This document shows, one piece after another, positions 26,281 to 27,471 of a DNA stretch of 27,471 nucleotides. Each line of letters starts with the position of its first letter. Positions within the stretch are counted from its first letter, which is position 1. The stretch lies in NCBI GenBank assembly GCA_031414775.1, contig JANOQI010000030.1:1-27471 (forward strand). Reading direction: 5' to 3'. The notes under the pieces were generated by a model. The model made no database searches, was not told the origin of the DNA, and saw nothing but the letters and a program-made list of their open reading frames with translations. Origin of the DNA: Synechococcales cyanobacterium VAR_4_metabat_354 (GTDB lineage: Bacteria > Cyanobacteriota > Cyanobacteriia > Cyanobacteriales > Chamaesiphonaceae). Both the position numbers and the translations under genes were made by a program.

Positions 26281-26943
26281 CTAACTTTTCACCGACGCAT
26301 CTGCCGGATAGCAAACCTTGGTACCGCCCAAACCGCAATAGCCACCAGGGTTTTTGGCTAAGTACTGTTGATGATAATCTTCAGCATAGTAAAAAATCGG
26401 CGCTGGTAGAACTTCGGTGGTGATGACACCCAATCCTGCTGCTGTTAGTTCTTGTTGGTAAATTTCTTTGCTTTTTTCAGCCGCTACTAACTGACCGTCA
26501 TAACAATAAACGCCCGATCGATATTGAGTACCAGCATCATTGCCTTGGCGCATTCCTTGAGTCGGATTATGGCTTTCCCAGAAGACTTTGAGTAGTTCTT
26601 GATAAGTAACCACTGCTGGATCGAAAACTACCAATACAACTTCGTTATGCCCTGTCGCACCACTGCAAACTTCTTGGTAGGTGGGATTTGGTGTACTGCC
26701 AGCAGCATAACCAACGGCAGTAATATAAACCCCTGCTGGTAACTGCCAGAACTTGCGCTCTGCACCCCAAAAGCAACCCAAGCCAAACATCGCTTGTTCC
26801 ATCTGCGCTGGATAGGGCGGTGCAAAGGAATTGCCATTGACGAAGTGCTTCGCGGGGAGAGCCATTTTGTCAGCTCTGCCGGATAGAGCATCGGCGGGTG
26901 AAGGGATGGTCAGTTTTTTACCACCAAAGATGTTAGATAGCAT
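26281..26943 (-). CDS. msrA: Peptide methionine sulfoxide reductase A
   Basis: [30 protein letters not shown] 26943 preferred over the track start at 27021. Confidence 0.97.
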   Translation of the reverse strand: MLSNIFGGKKLTIPSPADALSGRADKMALPAKHFVNGNSFAPPYPAQMEQAMFGLGCFWGAERKFWQLPAGVYITAVGYAAGSTPNPTYQEVCSGATGHNEVVLVVFDPAVVTYQELLKVFWESHNPTQGMRQGNDAGTQYRSGVYCYDGQLVAAEKSKEIYQQELTAAGLGVITTEVLPAPIFYYAEDYHQQYLAKNPGGYCGLGGTKVCYPADASVKS

Positions 26944-27077
26944 GGTTTTAATTATGTCAAGTAAAATATTTATATCTTGATTAATTGTAACAGATCTGGC
27001 TGGTAGGGTTCGACCTGCCAAGGCAGCGTTTCGCTATCGGCAAAGTGGAGGCTTTTGCTCTTGTTTAAAAAACACGA

Positions 27078-27471
27078 TCACCAAATTTTACTCATGCTCA
27101 GCATGAACTCTGGCATGACTTCACTACAGTCGATTTCAGTGGGAGACTCTAGAATTTCGGGTTCTTGTCCTGGTCGATAGATTTCTACCTGTTTGTTTTT
27201 TGGATTCTCTTCCAGAGAGGCTCCGCCAACGATCAGTAAGCCTAGCCGCACACCATTTGCTCGGTACTCCACCATCTTTTCGCGCAGAGTTTTCAGGCTA
27301 TCGGTCTTAGATCTTAGCTCGACCACAAAATCGGGTATCACTTCAGGAAAAGCAATATCGGGGGAGATACCTGCCAATTTTGACTTTTCAATCCAGGTTA
27401 CATCGGGCGATCTGACTGCCCCATTTGGCAAGGTGAAGCCGCCTGACGAGTCGAATACTTCACCCAGCTCG
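27078..27471 (-). CDS. Uma2 (DUF820) family endonuclease-like protein, 5' end outside the window
   Basis: DSSGGFTLPNGAVRSPDVTW, PDFVVELRS, KMVEY..NGVRLG, VEIYRP. Confidence 0.9.
   Translation of the reverse strand, partial: ELGEVFDSSGGFTLPNGAVRSPDVTWIEKSKLAGISPDIAFPEVIPDFVVELRSKTDSLKTLREKMVEYRANGVRLGLLIVGGASLEENPKNKQVEIYRPGQEPEILESPTEIDCSEVMPEFMLSMSKIW
27206..27229 (-). repeat. 24-bp in-frame small dispersed repeat (SDR-like) inserted in the Uma2 gene
   Basis: TTGGCGGAGCCTCTCTGGAAGAGA, with mini-hairpins GGC-GGA-GCC and TCTCT-GGA-AGAGA. Its removal restores ATC GAT CCA (LLIDP). Confidence 0.75.

Noticed and set aside
1..27471. CRISPR array, tRNA or rRNA
   Set aside because: No regularly spaced repeats or recognisable structural RNA genes seen.

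Overview
Cyanobacterial DNA (HIP1 GCGATCGC/CGATCG sites, an HLIP gene, a Uma2 gene). Roughly 1-24.2 kb looks like plasmid or island DNA. It holds a neprosin-like peptidase and a Cys-rich protein between two attC-like sites, an RsgA-type GTPase, an ABC exporter, a RecD2-like helicase, parA/parB, and a RelE/HigB-XRE toxin-antitoxin pair. It also holds an HNH pseudogene, hli, a Tn3-family transposon with a tyrosine recombinase, small phage/plasmid-like genes and a DDE IS. Right of the IS the genes look chromosomal (SDR, msrA, Uma2). The best candidate for a new system is the pair at 9861-13708. A small Bell-like helical protein ends in a G/N/Q/S-rich motif that is echoed at the N-terminus of the adjacent 1137-aa protein, the layout of an amyloid-signalling (BASS-type) effector/receptor module. 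All family assignments come from motif recognition by eye; no database searches were run.
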